From an uncultured Gammaproteobacteria bacterium (lineage in GTDB: Bacteria > Pseudomonadota > Gammaproteobacteria > JACCXJ01): a DNA stretch of 64,000 nucleotides. The stretch lies in assembly GCA_963764725.1 (NCBI GenBank), contig CAVXTM010000009.1:106867-170866 (forward strand), in the 5' to 3' direction. Of this stretch, positions 27,955-38,531 are shown piece by piece (the stretch's first letter is position 1; every line of letters starts with the position of its first letter). A model generated the notes under the pieces. It made no database searches and was not told the DNA's origin. It saw nothing but the letters and a program-made list of their open reading frames with translations. The translations under genes were made by a program, and so were the position numbers.

Positions 27955-28701
27955 TTATTCGTCGTTAAGGCACTCACTCATTCGAGCTCTCAACCTGATC
28001 AATGCCTGAGCGTGAATTTGACAGACGCGTGATTCACTTACGCCCAACACTTCCCCAACCTCTCTTAGATTGAGTTCATCGTCGTAATAGAGAGACATGA
28101 CTAAGCGTTCTCTCTCGGGCAGGCCAGTGATCGCGTTCGCCAGTGCTTGCAGGAAATCTTGGTTCTCCGCGTATTCATGTGGGATCGGGAATTTCTGCGT
28201 CAAGCCCTCCGTCGTGCCCTCCACTCTCAATGGTACGTCCTCGAAGCTGAATACCTTGTGCGCTGTGGCATCGTGGAGGATTTGATAGTATTCATCGAGC
28301 GTAATGCCTAGCCGCTCGGCCACCTCCGAGTCGCGCGCATCACGCCCTTGCTCTGCTTCAATTTCTTGTACGGCTTTGGCCACCTGTCGAGCCTTGCGGT
28401 GCAGCGAGCGGGGGGCCCAATCGCCCTTACGGATTTCGTCAAGCATTGAACCGCGGATACGGATCCCGGCATAGGTCTCGAAGCTTGCTCCTTGCGAAGG
28501 ATCGTAATTGCGCGAGGCTTCCAGCAAGCCGATCATTCCCGCTTGAATCAGATCATCGATTTGCACGCTGGGCGGCAGCCGACTAATGAGGTGATGCGCA
28601 ATCCGTTTAACGAGCGGGGCATACCGCGTTATTAGATCATCAGCATATGGCTGGCTGGCGCTTTCTTGAGCAGTTGTCCTGGATACTGCCAATTCGTTCA
28701 C
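27955..28701 (-). CDS. fliA: RNA polymerase sigma-28 FliA
   Basis: DDLIQAGMIGLLEA, FETYAGIRIRGSMLDEIR, GVSESRVCQIH. Confidence 0.96.
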   Translation of the reverse strand: MNELAVSRTTAQESASQPYADDLITRYAPLVKRIAHHLISRLPPSVQIDDLIQAGMIGLLEASRNYDPSQGASFETYAGIRIRGSMLDEIRKGDWAPRSLHRKARQVAKAVQEIEAEQGRDARDSEVAERLGITLDEYYQILHDATAHKVFSFEDVPLRVEGTTEGLTQKFPIPHEYAENQDFLQALANAITGLPERERLVMSLYYDDELNLREVGEVLGVSESRVCQIHAQALIRLRARMSECLNDE

Positions 28702-29582
28702 GTCTTGACTGCCCCTGCCGCCTGGCCAGACTGGATAAGTCGTTCAACAAAAAACTCGAGTTTGCCGCTTGCCGCTGTCGGCGTGGGCCATTTATCGGAT
28801 TGGATGGCAATATTCTTGAATGCCGCCGCGGTGGTGCTCTCTGGATGAACCTCATAGAGAGCCCGCCGGTATAAAGCCAGGTTGGCGATGCGATGGTCGT
28901 ATGGGATCGAACCGATGAGGTCAAGAGCGACGTCGAGGAACTGCTCCGTGATCACTACAAGCTTTCGGAAAAGCACCTGTCCTTCTTGGGTGCTGTGCGC
29001 CATGTTCATGAGCACCCGAAACCGGGACAGCCCGTAATCCTTATGTAATATCTTGATCATCGCGTGGGCGTCCGCTACCGAGCTAGGATCATTACAGACA
29101 ACGATAATGACCTCTTGGGATGCCGTACAAAATCGTACGACGTTGTCGGATAACCCAGTAGCTGTATCAATAATGAGTACCTCGGTTATGTGTGCGAGCG
29201 CGCTGAATGCATTGACGAGCCCGGCATGTTCGGTGGCACTCAGGGCCGTCATACGTCTGATCCCGGAGGAAGCCGGAATGACGTTAATTCCGTAGGGGCC
29301 GCGTAGCACAATATCCTCAATGCCGCAGCTACCCTCGATGACATGCGATAGGTTTAGCACCGGTTTAAGATCCAGCAGAACATCGACGTTGGCCAATCCG
29401 AGGTCAGCGTCGAGCAGGGTCACGGCCTTCCCTAGGGCGGCAAGAGCGAGGCCCAGATTGATAGCGACGGTGGTTTTACCCACACCACCCTTGCCACTGG
29501 TAACAGCCAGGACGCGGATCGGGGATCGACTTCCGGCCCGCGGCGTGTGGGATAGCACGGAACTAGGCTGCGTCGAAACCAT
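28698..29582 (-). CDS. flhG: MinD-like flagellar number regulator FlhG/FleN
   Basis: VTSGKGGVGKT, DADLGLANVD, GKLEFFVERL; overlaps the fliA start. Confidence 0.9.
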   Translation of the reverse strand: MVSTQPSSVLSHTPRAGSRSPIRVLAVTSGKGGVGKTTVAINLGLALAALGKAVTLLDADLGLANVDVLLDLKPVLNLSHVIEGSCGIEDIVLRGPYGINVIPASSGIRRMTALSATEHAGLVNAFSALAHITEVLIIDTATGLSDNVVRFCTASQEVIIVVCNDPSSVADAHAMIKILHKDYGLSRFRVLMNMAHSTQEGQVLFRKLVVITEQFLDVALDLIGSIPYDHRIANLALYRRALYEVHPESTTAAAFKNIAIQSDKWPTPTAASGKLEFFVERLIQSGQAAGAVKT

Positions 29583-29701
29583 CGCGCATCTCGCCGTGTG
29601 ATTGCCGTTGATTACATATTTTGTTCAGCCCTTTGAGCATTTGATTTTATTAACAGGATTCGACAGGAATATCCTCTCGGGCATTGACTCGGCGGAAGAA
29701 A

Positions 29702-29717
29702 AGCAAAGAGTGATCCA
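29702..29717 (-). promoter_or_regulatory. Putative sigma54 promoter for flhG-fliA-cheY
   Basis: Minus strand TGGATCACTCTTTGCT = GG-N10-GC with TTGC. Confidence 0.45.
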
Positions 29718-30007
29718 GTAAACTGTTGCCTGGCATGGCGGGCGTTTCTTCCTTAGAGACCAACAAGTTAGTGGTAAGGGCGCGCAAGCCCGAGTCAGGC
29801 GCGCTCGTGCGCTTGACGGGGTCGCGCGGTTATCCCGTTTTATTCGCCAGAATCTCGACGAAGATACGTGGGCCGCGGATCCCTACTCGCGGCGCGGTCG
29901 CCACACCGTCTGCGCAGGAGTAGATTGGGGACAGCGGCGAGCCACCGGCGAGTTGCTGTCAAAGGTTGATTCTGGGACAGCACGCGGGTGCATAAGAATT
30001 AGGCTGC

Positions 30008-30034
30008 TAAAGTAATTTTCCGTAATAACGATAA
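30008..30034 (+). promoter_or_regulatory. Putative sigma28 promoter for the che operon
   Basis: TAAA-N15-AACGATAA, 63 bp upstream of cheY. Confidence 0.62.
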
Positions 30035-30097
30035 TCGTGATGCCTAAAGGCGGGGCGCTCCGTATTAATAGCGTTATAGCGCGTACAGAAAATCAAG

Positions 30098-30469
30098 ATG
30101 GCCACTGTGTTAACGATCTTGGCGGTCGATGACTCGCGTTCCGTGCGTGACATGGTGTCGTTCACCTTAAGAAGCGCCGGCTTTGACGTCATTGAGGCCG
30201 TCAACGGTGTAGACGCATTGAATCGGGCACAGAGCGGTAATGTCGATTTTGTCTTGACCGACATCAACATGCCTAACATGGACGGAATCACGCTCATCAA
30301 GGAGCTGCGCAAGCTACCCGGATATCGGTTCACCCCCATCCTGACGCTGACCACGGAATCGTCTCCAGAAAAGAAGGCGGAAGGTAAAGTGGCAGGTGCC
30401 ACGGGCTGGATGGTGAAACCGTTCAATCCCGATCAACTCATCGCGACCATCAGGCGGGTTATCGCCTAG
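30098..30469 (+). CDS. cheY: CheY-like response regulator (Che2 type)
   Basis: ILAVDDS, TDINMPNMDG, LTTES, GATGWMVKPF. Confidence 0.9.
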   Translation: MATVLTILAVDDSRSVRDMVSFTLRSAGFDVIEAVNGVDALNRAQSGNVDFVLTDINMPNMDGITLIKELRKLPGYRFTPILTLTTESSPEKKAEGKVAGATGWMVKPFNPDQLIATIRRVIA

Positions 30470-30569
30470 CGCGTATGCCTTCGGGCGCGCTGCGAGCCAA
30501 ATAAGGCATACGGCACGGCGGGACCAGCAAGCCAATCAGCAGCGGGCGGGACCTACGAGGGAATTCTTT

Positions 30570-32684
30570 ATGCCGGTAGACTTATCCCAGTTTCACCAAA
30601 CCTTTTTCGAAGAGGGTTTCGAGGGGCTCGGCGTGATGGAATCCGAGCTACTTGCCTTGGTCCCTGGGAATACCGATCCTGAATCGATTAACACCCTCTT
30701 TCGGGTAGCGCACTCGATAAAGGGCAGCAGTAGCATGTTTGGTTTCACCACGATAGCCGAGTTTGCGCACGTAGTCGAAACCCTGTTGGACAGGGTAAGG
30801 TCAGGGAAGTATGCGGTTACGCAAGGCATCGTCGATAGTCTCCTCCAAGCCGTCAACTTCCTGAGAAACATGCTTTCGGCCATGAGGGACAACACAGGTG
30901 AAGACGCCGAACGCGGCCGCAGGCTCCGAGTGCAATTGGAAGAGATAATCGAGAGCGGTAATTCAGGAAGCGTCACGGCTGGCCCGGCCGCAAAAAAAGT
31001 CGAGGGTGCCGTGAGGGACGATGCCACGCTCGGGTGGCATATCATATTTCGCCCCCATCGGCACCTGCTGACGACCGGGAATGACCCTCTGCCCATGCTT
31101 AGAGAGTTGTCCTTGCTCGGGGACCTGGAGGTATCGGTCGATGTCTCCAGGCTTCCGCGCTTCCAGGACCTCGACCCCGAGGCGTGTTTCCTTGGCTGGG
31201 GTCTTATGCTCAATGCAGCGATGCCTCGCACGCAGGTCGCGGAAATGTTTGAGTGGGTTGAGAGCGACTGTGACCTCGAAATAACACCGATCGGACGGAA
31301 TACTTCGGTGGTGAATAAAGGCCTTAGCGGCGAGGTCGCTCCGGTTCAACCCGGGGATCCCGTGCCGCATGCTAGCTCGTGGTCCGCGCTGAGGACTGGG
31401 TCAACGTCGGGCGCGGAGTTAGCGTATACCGGTGTGGAGCGTAGGAAAAATCCACGGGCGGAAGATGCTTCTTCAATCCGAGTCAACATCGAAAAGATCG
31501 ATGCGCTTATCAATATCGTAGGTGAGCTCGTCATCACCCAGTCGATGTTGAGCCAGTTCGCTGAGGATTTCGCGGCCACCAAGATAGATAAGCTCCGGGA
31601 TGCTCTGATCCAATTAGCCCGCAACACGCGCTCGCTCCAAGAGAGCGTGCTCAGAATTCGCATGTTGCCGATCAGCTTCTCATTTAATCGTTTCCCGCGC
31701 CTGGTGCGCGATATGAGCCAGCAGCTTTGCAAGAAGATCGATCTCGTGGTCTCGGGCGATCAAACCGAGATCGACAAAACCGTCCTCGAAAAGCTCAGCG
31801 ACCCACTCGTGCATCTCGTGAGGAACTCGCTCGATCATGGAATAGAGCTCCCCCAGGTGCGCAAGGCCCGCGGTAAGGACGAGACCGGTCTCGTGTATCT
31901 CCATGCTTATCACCAAGGTGGCAACATCGTGATTGAGGTTGCGGACGACGGAGCGGGATTGAATAAAACGAAGATCCTGCAGCGCGCGCGCGAGCACGGG
32001 ATCATTGGCGAGCACGAGGTGCTTGCCGAGGATAAAATCCACGAGCTCATCTTCCGGCCCGGGTTTTCTACCGTCGATACGATCACAGACGTCTCGGGTC
32101 GCGGGGTCGGCATGGACGTCGTCAGACGCAATATCAAGGACCTCGGCGGAAGCATCGAAATCAAATCCGAAGAAGGCCTGGGATTGACCTTTACGATCCG
32201 CTTGCCGCTAACGCTGGCGATCCTCGATGGTCAACTGGTTCGGATCGGGCGGCACATTTATATCATTCCGCTGGTCTCGATCGTAGCGTCACTTCAAGTC
32301 GTTCCGAAATGCGTTAGCCGGATCGCCGGTAAGGGAGAGATCTACAAGCTGCGAGCGGAATTCCTGCCTATCGTTAGGCTGTATGAGGTTTTCAATGTGG
32401 TTTCCGACAGCGAGCGGATCGAAAGCGGGATCTTGGTCGTCGTCGAAGATGATGGTCAACGCGCGGGTATCTATATCGATGAGCTGCTTGCGCAACAGCA
32501 GGTCGTTATCAAGAGTCTGGAAACGAACTATACACGTGTGCCGGGTATTTCGGGGGCGACGATACTCGGCGACGGAACGGTGGCGTTGATCCTCGATGTC
32601 CCAGGGGTGGTGAAGTTGTCCAGGAGCCTCGTACCGGTCGGATTTAGATCCGATGCCCATGAAGCGGTGATGAGGGCCGCATAG
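30570..32684 (+). CDS. cheA: Chemotaxis histidine kinase CheA
   Basis: Hpt FRVAHSIKG, HLVRNSLDHG, DDGAG, SGRGVGMDVV, CheW-like domain. Confidence 0.97.
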   Translation: MPVDLSQFHQTFFEEGFEGLGVMESELLALVPGNTDPESINTLFRVAHSIKGSSSMFGFTTIAEFAHVVETLLDRVRSGKYAVTQGIVDSLLQAVNFLRNMLSAMRDNTGEDAERGRRLRVQLEEIIESGNSGSVTAGPAAKKVEGAVRDDATLGWHIIFRPHRHLLTTGNDPLPMLRELSLLGDLEVSVDVSRLPRFQDLDPEACFLGWGLMLNAAMPRTQVAEMFEWVESDCDLEITPIGRNTSVVNKGLSGEVAPVQPGDPVPHASSWSALRTGSTSGAELAYTGVERRKNPRAEDASSIRVNIEKIDALINIVGELVITQSMLSQFAEDFAATKIDKLRDALIQLARNTRSLQESVLRIRMLPISFSFNRFPRLVRDMSQQLCKKIDLVVSGDQTEIDKTVLEKLSDPLVHLVRNSLDHGIELPQVRKARGKDETGLVYLHAYHQGGNIVIEVADDGAGLNKTKILQRAREHGIIGEHEVLAEDKIHELIFRPGFSTVDTITDVSGRGVGMDVVRRNIKDLGGSIEIKSEEGLGLTFTIRLPLTLAILDGQLVRIGRHIYIIPLVSIVASLQVVPKCVSRIAGKGEIYKLRAEFLPIVRLYEVFNVVSDSERIESGILVVVEDDGQRAGIYIDELLAQQQVVIKSLETNYTRVPGISGATILGDGTVALILDVPGVVKLSRSLVPVGFRSDAHEAVMRAA

Positions 32685-32693
32685 GAGAGACGC

Positions 32694-33194
32694 ATGAATC
32701 TAGAGCGAGAGTTAAAAGAGACGACCCAGCCTATGCCTACGGCGGCGGGTCAATATTTGACCTTTATCCTCGCCGGCACGGAATACGGCGTCGATATTCT
32801 CCGTGTGCAGGAGATCAAGGGCTGGGATACGGCCACGGAGATCCCCAACACGCCGGAGTACATTCGCGGCATCATCAACCTCCGTGGCACCATCGTGCCC
32901 ATCGTCGATCTGCGGAAAAGGTTTCATATGGAAGCGGTGGCGTATGGCAATACCACAGTGGTGGTGGTTCTCAAGGTCAAGGGCGCGGGCGGGCAACGTA
33001 CCATGGGATTCGTCGTGGACGCCGTGTCGGATGTCTACAATGTAGCGGCTGACGACATCAAAGCGGCACCCGATTTCGGCACATCGGTGAGCACGGAATT
33101 CGTTAAAGGGCTCGCCGCGGTTGGAGGCAAGATAGTAATTCTGCTGGAAATCGATCAGTTGGTCGATACCGGCGAACAAGCCGTTACCCATTAA
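32694..33194 (+). CDS. cheW: CheW adaptor
   Basis: YGVDILRVQEI, GIINLRGTIVPIVDLR. Confidence 0.96.
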   Translation: MNLERELKETTQPMPTAAGQYLTFILAGTEYGVDILRVQEIKGWDTATEIPNTPEYIRGIINLRGTIVPIVDLRKRFHMEAVAYGNTTVVVVLKVKGAGGQRTMGFVVDAVSDVYNVAADDIKAAPDFGTSVSTEFVKGLAAVGGKIVILLEIDQLVDTGEQAVTH

Positions 33195-33257
33195 GGCGGA
33201 TCCCAAACCCGCGGTGATACCTAGAAGTCCTATGAGCCGGTTCGTTCCGGAGAGGAG

Positions 33258-34556
33258 TTGACCATGAGACTGAAATTCTACGATGAATTATCCTTTGGGA
33301 AGAAGCTATTCATCCTGGCGGTGTTGTTAACCCTGCCCTCGCTTTATCTTTTGTACGACCAAGCATCGGTTCAGCACTATGCCGTCGCCAGCGGTATGGC
33401 TTTTTGCCTGGCCCTGGGCGCGTGGCTGTATTTCCACCTGATCGATATCTTCGTCAGGCCCTTCGAAGGTGCGATCCGGGTCCTGGAGAAAGTCGCGAAC
33501 GGCCAGCTTGACAACGAATTTGCCGTCGACACCCGTGACGAGGTCGGTTGGCTCCTACATACCATCAAGACCACGCAGAAGGGCTTGGCGCAGTTGGCGG
33601 TGGAGGCGCGCTCGGTGGCCCATGCCGTCCAGAAGGGTTCCCAGGAGATCGCCCAGGGTAATATCGATCTGTCCCAGCGCATCGAAGAGCAAGCCGCCAG
33701 CCTCGAAGAGACCGCATCCAGCACGGAAGAGCTTACCAGCACAGTGCGCCAGAATGCCGATAACGCCCAACAAGCGAACCAGCTCGCGGTCAGCGCGCGC
33801 GAGCATGCGGAGAAAGGCGGGGAGGTGGTCGGCAAAGCCGTCGCGGCGATGAGTGAAATCAATACCTCCGCGAAGCGGATCGCCGACATCATCGGGGTGA
33901 TAGATGAGATTGCCTTCCAGACCAACCTGCTGGCCTTGAACGCGGCAGTAGAAGCGGCGCGCGCCGGGGAGCAGGGACGCGGGTTCGCGGTGGTGGCCGG
34001 CGAGGTACGGAACCTGGCGCAACGAAGCGCCGAGGCCGCCAAGGAAATCAAGGTCCTCATCCAGGACAGCGTCAGAAAGGTGGAGGAAGGCGCGCGGCTG
34101 GTGGACGCCTCTGGGTCAACGCTCGCGGAGATCGTGACCTGGGTGAAGAAGGTCTCGGCCATCATCGCCGATATCGCGGCGGCCAGCCAGGAACAGTCGG
34201 CGGGAATCGAGCAGGTGAACAAGGGCATCACGCAAATGGACCAGGTGACGCAACAGAATGCGGCATTCGTGGAGGAGATGGCGTCCGCGAGCCAGGCCAT
34301 GAATGAGCAAGCGGTGCACCTCATCCAGGCGATTCAGTCTTTCAAGCTCAAGGACGATCACGCGGCGCAAGCGGTGTCGATGCCGGTTCCCAAGGAAGGG
34401 AAGTCCTTTGCACCCGTGGCCGAACGACGTCGATCCAGCCGGCCGTGGCGTGCCGAGAAGAACGAACCCATGCAAGGGCGAACCGCAGAGAAGACTGCGG
34501 TCAAGCGTGTCGCGGCAGCGCAAGGGAATGTCGAGGGCGGCTGGGAGGAATTTTAG
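33258..34556 (+). CDS. Methyl-accepting chemotaxis protein (2 TM, HAMP, C-terminal GWEEF)
   Basis: [30 protein letters not shown] hairpin; GWEEF tether. Confidence 0.95.
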   Translation: MTMRLKFYDELSFGKKLFILAVLLTLPSLYLLYDQASVQHYAVASGMAFCLALGAWLYFHLIDIFVRPFEGAIRVLEKVANGQLDNEFAVDTRDEVGWLLHTIKTTQKGLAQLAVEARSVAHAVQKGSQEIAQGNIDLSQRIEEQAASLEETASSTEELTSTVRQNADNAQQANQLAVSAREHAEKGGEVVGKAVAAMSEINTSAKRIADIIGVIDEIAFQTNLLALNAAVEAARAGEQGRGFAVVAGEVRNLAQRSAEAAKEIKVLIQDSVRKVEEGARLVDASGSTLAEIVTWVKKVSAIIADIAAASQEQSAGIEQVNKGITQMDQVTQQNAAFVEEMASASQAMNEQAVHLIQAIQSFKLKDDHAAQAVSMPVPKEGKSFAPVAERRRSSRPWRAEKNEPMQGRTAEKTAVKRVAAAQGNVEGGWEEF

Positions 34557-34644
34557 CCGTGGTTTTTGCTAGTAGCTTGGATTAAACCGTGGTCGAAGAT
34601 CTGACTTCGACCGCAACGATTCATTGCGCGGGGAGGACGACAGC

Positions 34645-35184
34645 GTGGCGAGAAAGCGAAAGCGTGAGGTTGTAGGATATGAAAGTACCGCCAAGGAGAC
34701 GCTTGCGGCGGAACAAACCGCGCCGTGCACAGAGGCCCTCGCGGCGGAGATTTCCGGGACTGATCGCCTAGCCGCGGGATGCGGATCTCCGGAAAACCCG
34801 CGAACGCGAATGCAGCAGCCAGACCGCCCGCGCAAGCCGAAGCGCGGCCTGGCTCCCGAACAGAACCGCAACGACACGCCAGCCGCCTCCCCAGCCGGGC
34901 CCGTGAATCCGATCCTCGATCTGGGCGAGAGACTCACGATCGCAAAGGTGGGCGAGACCAAGGAACGCCTGGCGGCGTTTCTGCAAGTTCCCTCGGCGTT
35001 TTTGGTCGTGGACGGCTCGCGCGTCGCTGCCGTGGATACCGCGGGCTTGCAGTTGTTGACGGCTTTTTGTCATGAGATGCATGAGCGCGGGATCGAGGTG
35101 CTGTGGCGAGAAGCAAGCGCGATCTTGCGGCATGGCGCCGCGACTCTAGGTTTAGTGAAACGCTTGCGGTTGCATGAGCTTTAG
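34645..35184 (+). CDS. STAS-domain protein with low-complexity N-terminus
   Basis: LTIAKV...VDGSRVAAVDTAGLQLL; RBS GGGAGG before GTG 34645. Confidence 0.82.
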   Translation: MARKRKREVVGYESTAKETLAAEQTAPCTEALAAEISGTDRLAAGCGSPENPRTRMQQPDRPRKPKRGLAPEQNRNDTPAASPAGPVNPILDLGERLTIAKVGETKERLAAFLQVPSAFLVVDGSRVAAVDTAGLQLLTAFCHEMHERGIEVLWREASAILRHGAATLGLVKRLRLHEL

Positions 35185-35229
35185 GAAACCTTCGCCTGCG
35201 AGGGGCGCTTGGTAGCGAAAGGATCTTAA

Positions 35230-35859
35230 ATGCAACTTCGGACCGTGTCGGCCAACGATGAAACGATGCTCGACGGAGCGCAGCGCGAAACGCCCGATCC
35301 CGGTTCTTGCGATGTGCGCGAGTCCGTCATGCTACTCCATGTTGCCGTTGCGCAGATCGATTTGACGATGCACGAGGGTGATGCTTCGGTCGCGGTCTTG
35401 TCGGGAGCCTTGTCCTCGATCGCCGCCGGCCTCAAGAGCATTGGGCAGTGTGTGCAGGAGAATCCTTCCGCCGAGGAGCCCGCCCAAAAGAGGAACATGT
35501 CGGCAGCATGCTCAACACTGGCAAAAAAAATCGAAGCAGCGATCATGGCGATCCAGTTCTATGATGCCATGACGCAGAAGCTCACGCACATCTCGGAAAA
35601 TCTCCGGGCTCTCGCCGATTCTATGACGGACCCAGGCCCGGTCAACCGGCACGGCGCATGGCATGCTTTGAAGCAGCAGACGCGCGCGCGGTTCACGATG
35701 GAAAGCGAGCGGCGGGTGTTCGATGCGCTGATGCGCGGGATGACGATGGAGGAGGCCGTACTCGCGGCCAAACCGCTAGGCGCTGAGCCAACGCCCGTGG
35801 GCGTCATCGATCTCTTTCGAGGGTCGGATCGAGATGAATGCACATACGGCAGCGGCTAA
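35230..35859 (+). CDS. Helical chemotaxis protein, CheZ-like
   Basis: QFYDAMTQKL (DxxxQ) and a C-terminal IDLF motif. Confidence 0.6.
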   Translation: MQLRTVSANDETMLDGAQRETPDPGSCDVRESVMLLHVAVAQIDLTMHEGDASVAVLSGALSSIAAGLKSIGQCVQENPSAEEPAQKRNMSAACSTLAKKIEAAIMAIQFYDAMTQKLTHISENLRALADSMTDPGPVNRHGAWHALKQQTRARFTMESERRVFDALMRGMTMEEAVLAAKPLGAEPTPVGVIDLFRGSDRDECTYGSG

Positions 35860-36688
35860 GCTGGAGCGGGAGTTCGCATTCAACGACAAGCATTTCGAGT
35901 TGTTACGCGAATGCGTGCGCGAGCACACCGGGATTGCGCTCTCCGATGGCAAGCGGGAGCTGGTCTATGGTCGCTTGGCGCGCAGGCTCCGCAACCTCGG
36001 GATCGATAATTTTGACGCCTACTGCTCCCTCATCACCGCCGGCGACAAAGAAGAGATCGCCCACTTCGTCAATGCCATCACTACCAACCTCACCGCCTTT
36101 TTTCGCGAGTCGCATCACTTCGAGCACTTGGCCGCGCTCCTGCCACGCTTAATCGAGAAGAACCAGAGCACCCGCCGGTTGCGGATCTGGTCGGCGGGCT
36201 GTTCGACCGGGGAGGAAGCGTATTCGATTGCCATCACGGTACGAGAAACGATTGGCGATCCACCTGGCTGGGATGCCAAGATCCTGGCGACGGATATCGA
36301 TTCCAATGTCCTCGCGGCAGCCGCGAATGGGGTTTATCACCCGAAGGGGGCGGACGGGTTGTCCCGAGAGCGTTTGAGCCGTTGGTTTCTGCGCGGCAAG
36401 GGGAAAAACGCGGGGATGCTTCGGGTGGTCCCCAGCCTTCAGGACCTCATCACCTTCCGGCAGCTTAACCTTATGCAGTCGTGGCCACTCCGCGGCCCTT
36501 TCGATGTTCTCTTTTGCCGAAACGTTGTCATCTATTTCAGCAAGGAGACCCAACGGATGTTGTTCAATCGCTTCGCCGATGTGCTGGCGCCAGAAGGGCA
36601 TCTTTTCATCGGTCACTCGGAGTCTTTGTTCAAAGTCAGTGAGCGTTTCAAGCTCTTAGGCAAGACGGCTTACCAAAGGATCCAGTGA
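35834..36688 (+). CDS. cheR: CheR methyltransferase
   Basis: TTNLTAFFRESHHF, IWSAGCSTGEEAYS, FCRNVVIYF. Confidence 0.96.
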   Translation: MNAHTAAAKLEREFAFNDKHFELLRECVREHTGIALSDGKRELVYGRLARRLRNLGIDNFDAYCSLITAGDKEEIAHFVNAITTNLTAFFRESHHFEHLAALLPRLIEKNQSTRRLRIWSAGCSTGEEAYSIAITVRETIGDPPGWDAKILATDIDSNVLAAAANGVYHPKGADGLSRERLSRWFLRGKGKNAGMLRVVPSLQDLITFRQLNLMQSWPLRGPFDVLFCRNVVIYFSKETQRMLFNRFADVLAPEGHLFIGHSESLFKVSERFKLLGKTAYQRIQ

Positions 36689-36689
36689 T

Positions 36690-37355
36690 ATGCAATCGCA
36701 CGCGCTGAGCCATGCCCGCCAACCGCCATCCCCGCTGCCTGGCTTCGCACACATCAATCGATATTGGGACAGCTTGCATCAGCGGTTCGCCGCCAAGATC
36801 CTGCCCGGCGAATATTACGTTACCCGTCGCGAGGAGATGATCGTCACCGTCCTCGGATCATGTATCTCGGCCTGCATCCGCTGCCGTGCGACCGCGATCG
36901 GCGGCATGAACCATTTCATGTTGCCCCAGAGCCGCGCGGAGGGCGACGGCACGTGGGCCGGTACGGCGGTCAACGCGGCGACGCGATACGGCAATTATGC
37001 GATGGAGCACATCATTAACGACCTCTTGAAAAACGGGGCAAGCCGTAAATACCTTGAAGTCAAGATCGTCGGCGGCGGCCGCGTCTTGAAACAGATGAGC
37101 GATGTGGGGCAGCAGAACATCGAATTCGTCAAAGCCTATTTGCAGGCGGAGGGTCTCACCGTCAGCGCCGAGGACGTCGGCGATATCTATCCGCGCAAGG
37201 TGTACTACGATCCCCGCAGCGGCAAGGTGTCCGTGAAAAAACTACGCTTGCTGCCCAACGATACCATCTTCGAGCGCGAGAACCGGTATCGGAGTCATAT
37301 TGAAATCGCTCCTGTGGGCGGTGACGTCGAGTTATTTTACGGGGCGATTCGATGA
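36690..37355 (+). CDS. cheD: CheD glutamine deamidase
   Basis: [27 protein letters not shown]. Confidence 0.95.
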   Translation: MQSHALSHARQPPSPLPGFAHINRYWDSLHQRFAAKILPGEYYVTRREEMIVTVLGSCISACIRCRATAIGGMNHFMLPQSRAEGDGTWAGTAVNAATRYGNYAMEHIINDLLKNGASRKYLEVKIVGGGRVLKQMSDVGQQNIEFVKAYLQAEGLTVSAEDVGDIYPRKVYYDPRSGKVSVKKLRLLPNDTIFERENRYRSHIEIAPVGGDVELFYGAIR

Positions 37356-38428
37356 GCAAGATACGGGTGGTAGTGGTCGATGACTCGGCGGTGGTGCGCA
37401 AGGTCTTAACCGCAATCCTAAACTCGGACACAGGCATCGAAGTCGTCGGCGTGGCCTCCGATCCCTATCTAGCGCGTGAGAAGATCAAAAAGCTCAATCC
37501 GGATGTCATCACGCTCGACGTGGAAATGCCGCGCATGGACGGGGTCACGTTTCTCAAGAATCTCATGCGCCTGCGGCCCATGCCCGTGGTGATGGTTTCC
37601 TCGCTCACCAAAGAGGGGGCGGAAATCACGCTCGAGGCAATGGAGGCCGGGGCGGTGGATTTTGTCGCCAAGCCATCGCTGGATCTCACTAATGCGCTCG
37701 CGAACTACGGGGAAGATTTGATCGAAAAGGTTAAGACCGCCGCTGCCGCCCGGGTCCGGCGTTACACCCGAGACATTGCCTTACCCGAAGTCGTGCCAAA
37801 GTACAGCGCCGACGCGGTATTGAAAAAAATACCGGCAAGCAGGCCCTTCAAGACCAGCGAGAAAATCATCGCAATCGGGGCCTCGACCGGCGGCACCGAG
37901 GCCATCAAGGAGATTCTCGCCGCGATGCCAGCCGATGCTCCGGCCATCGTCGTCACGCAACATATTCCCGAGGCTTTCAGCGGGGCGTTTGCGCAGCGGA
38001 TGAACAGGATCTCGGCGATGGCCGTGCGCGAAGCCGAGGACGGTCAGCGGATCGTGCCGGGCCATGCCTATATCGCCCCGGGCAGCCACCATCTCCTCGT
38101 GCGCCGGGACGGTGCGCGCTATGTGTGCCGCTTGCACGACGGCCCGGCGGTCAACCGGCATCGGCCTTCGGTCGATGTACTGTTCCGCTCGGTGGCGCAG
38201 AACGTGGGCGCTAATGCGGTGGGTGTGATCTTAACGGGGATGGGAATGGACGGCGCGCTGGGGTTGAAGGAGCTGCGCGACAGCGGAGCGCCGACGCTCG
38301 CCCAGGATGAGAACACCTCCGTGGTCTGGGGCATGCCGGGGGAGGCGGTCAAACTAGGTGGTGTCGATCATATTCTGCCGTTACAGCATATTGGCGCCGA
38401 AATGTTGAAACTGGTCCAGCAGCTTTGA
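37352..38428 (+). CDS. cheB: CheB methylesterase
   Basis: REC domain; GASTGG, QHIP, HRPSVD, LTGMG.DGA. Confidence 0.97.
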   Translation: MSKIRVVVVDDSAVVRKVLTAILNSDTGIEVVGVASDPYLAREKIKKLNPDVITLDVEMPRMDGVTFLKNLMRLRPMPVVMVSSLTKEGAEITLEAMEAGAVDFVAKPSLDLTNALANYGEDLIEKVKTAAAARVRRYTRDIALPEVVPKYSADAVLKKIPASRPFKTSEKIIAIGASTGGTEAIKEILAAMPADAPAIVVTQHIPEAFSGAFAQRMNRISAMAVREAEDGQRIVPGHAYIAPGSHHLLVRRDGARYVCRLHDGPAVNRHRPSVDVLFRSVAQNVGANAVGVILTGMGMDGALGLKELRDSGAPTLAQDENTSVVWGMPGEAVKLGGVDHILPLQHIGAEMLKLVQQL

Positions 38429-38531
38429 TGCATGGGGTACACTGCGTTTCGTCCCTTCGAAAGGTAGAGAGGGAGCGGTCATTTTGGAGGCGCAGACCCG
38501 CAACTTCTCCTATCGCTTCATCCCGCAAGTC

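Noticed and set aside
33377-34324. 315-aa ORF antisense to the MCP
   Set aside because: Typical Ser/Ala-rich shadow of an MCP coiled coil.
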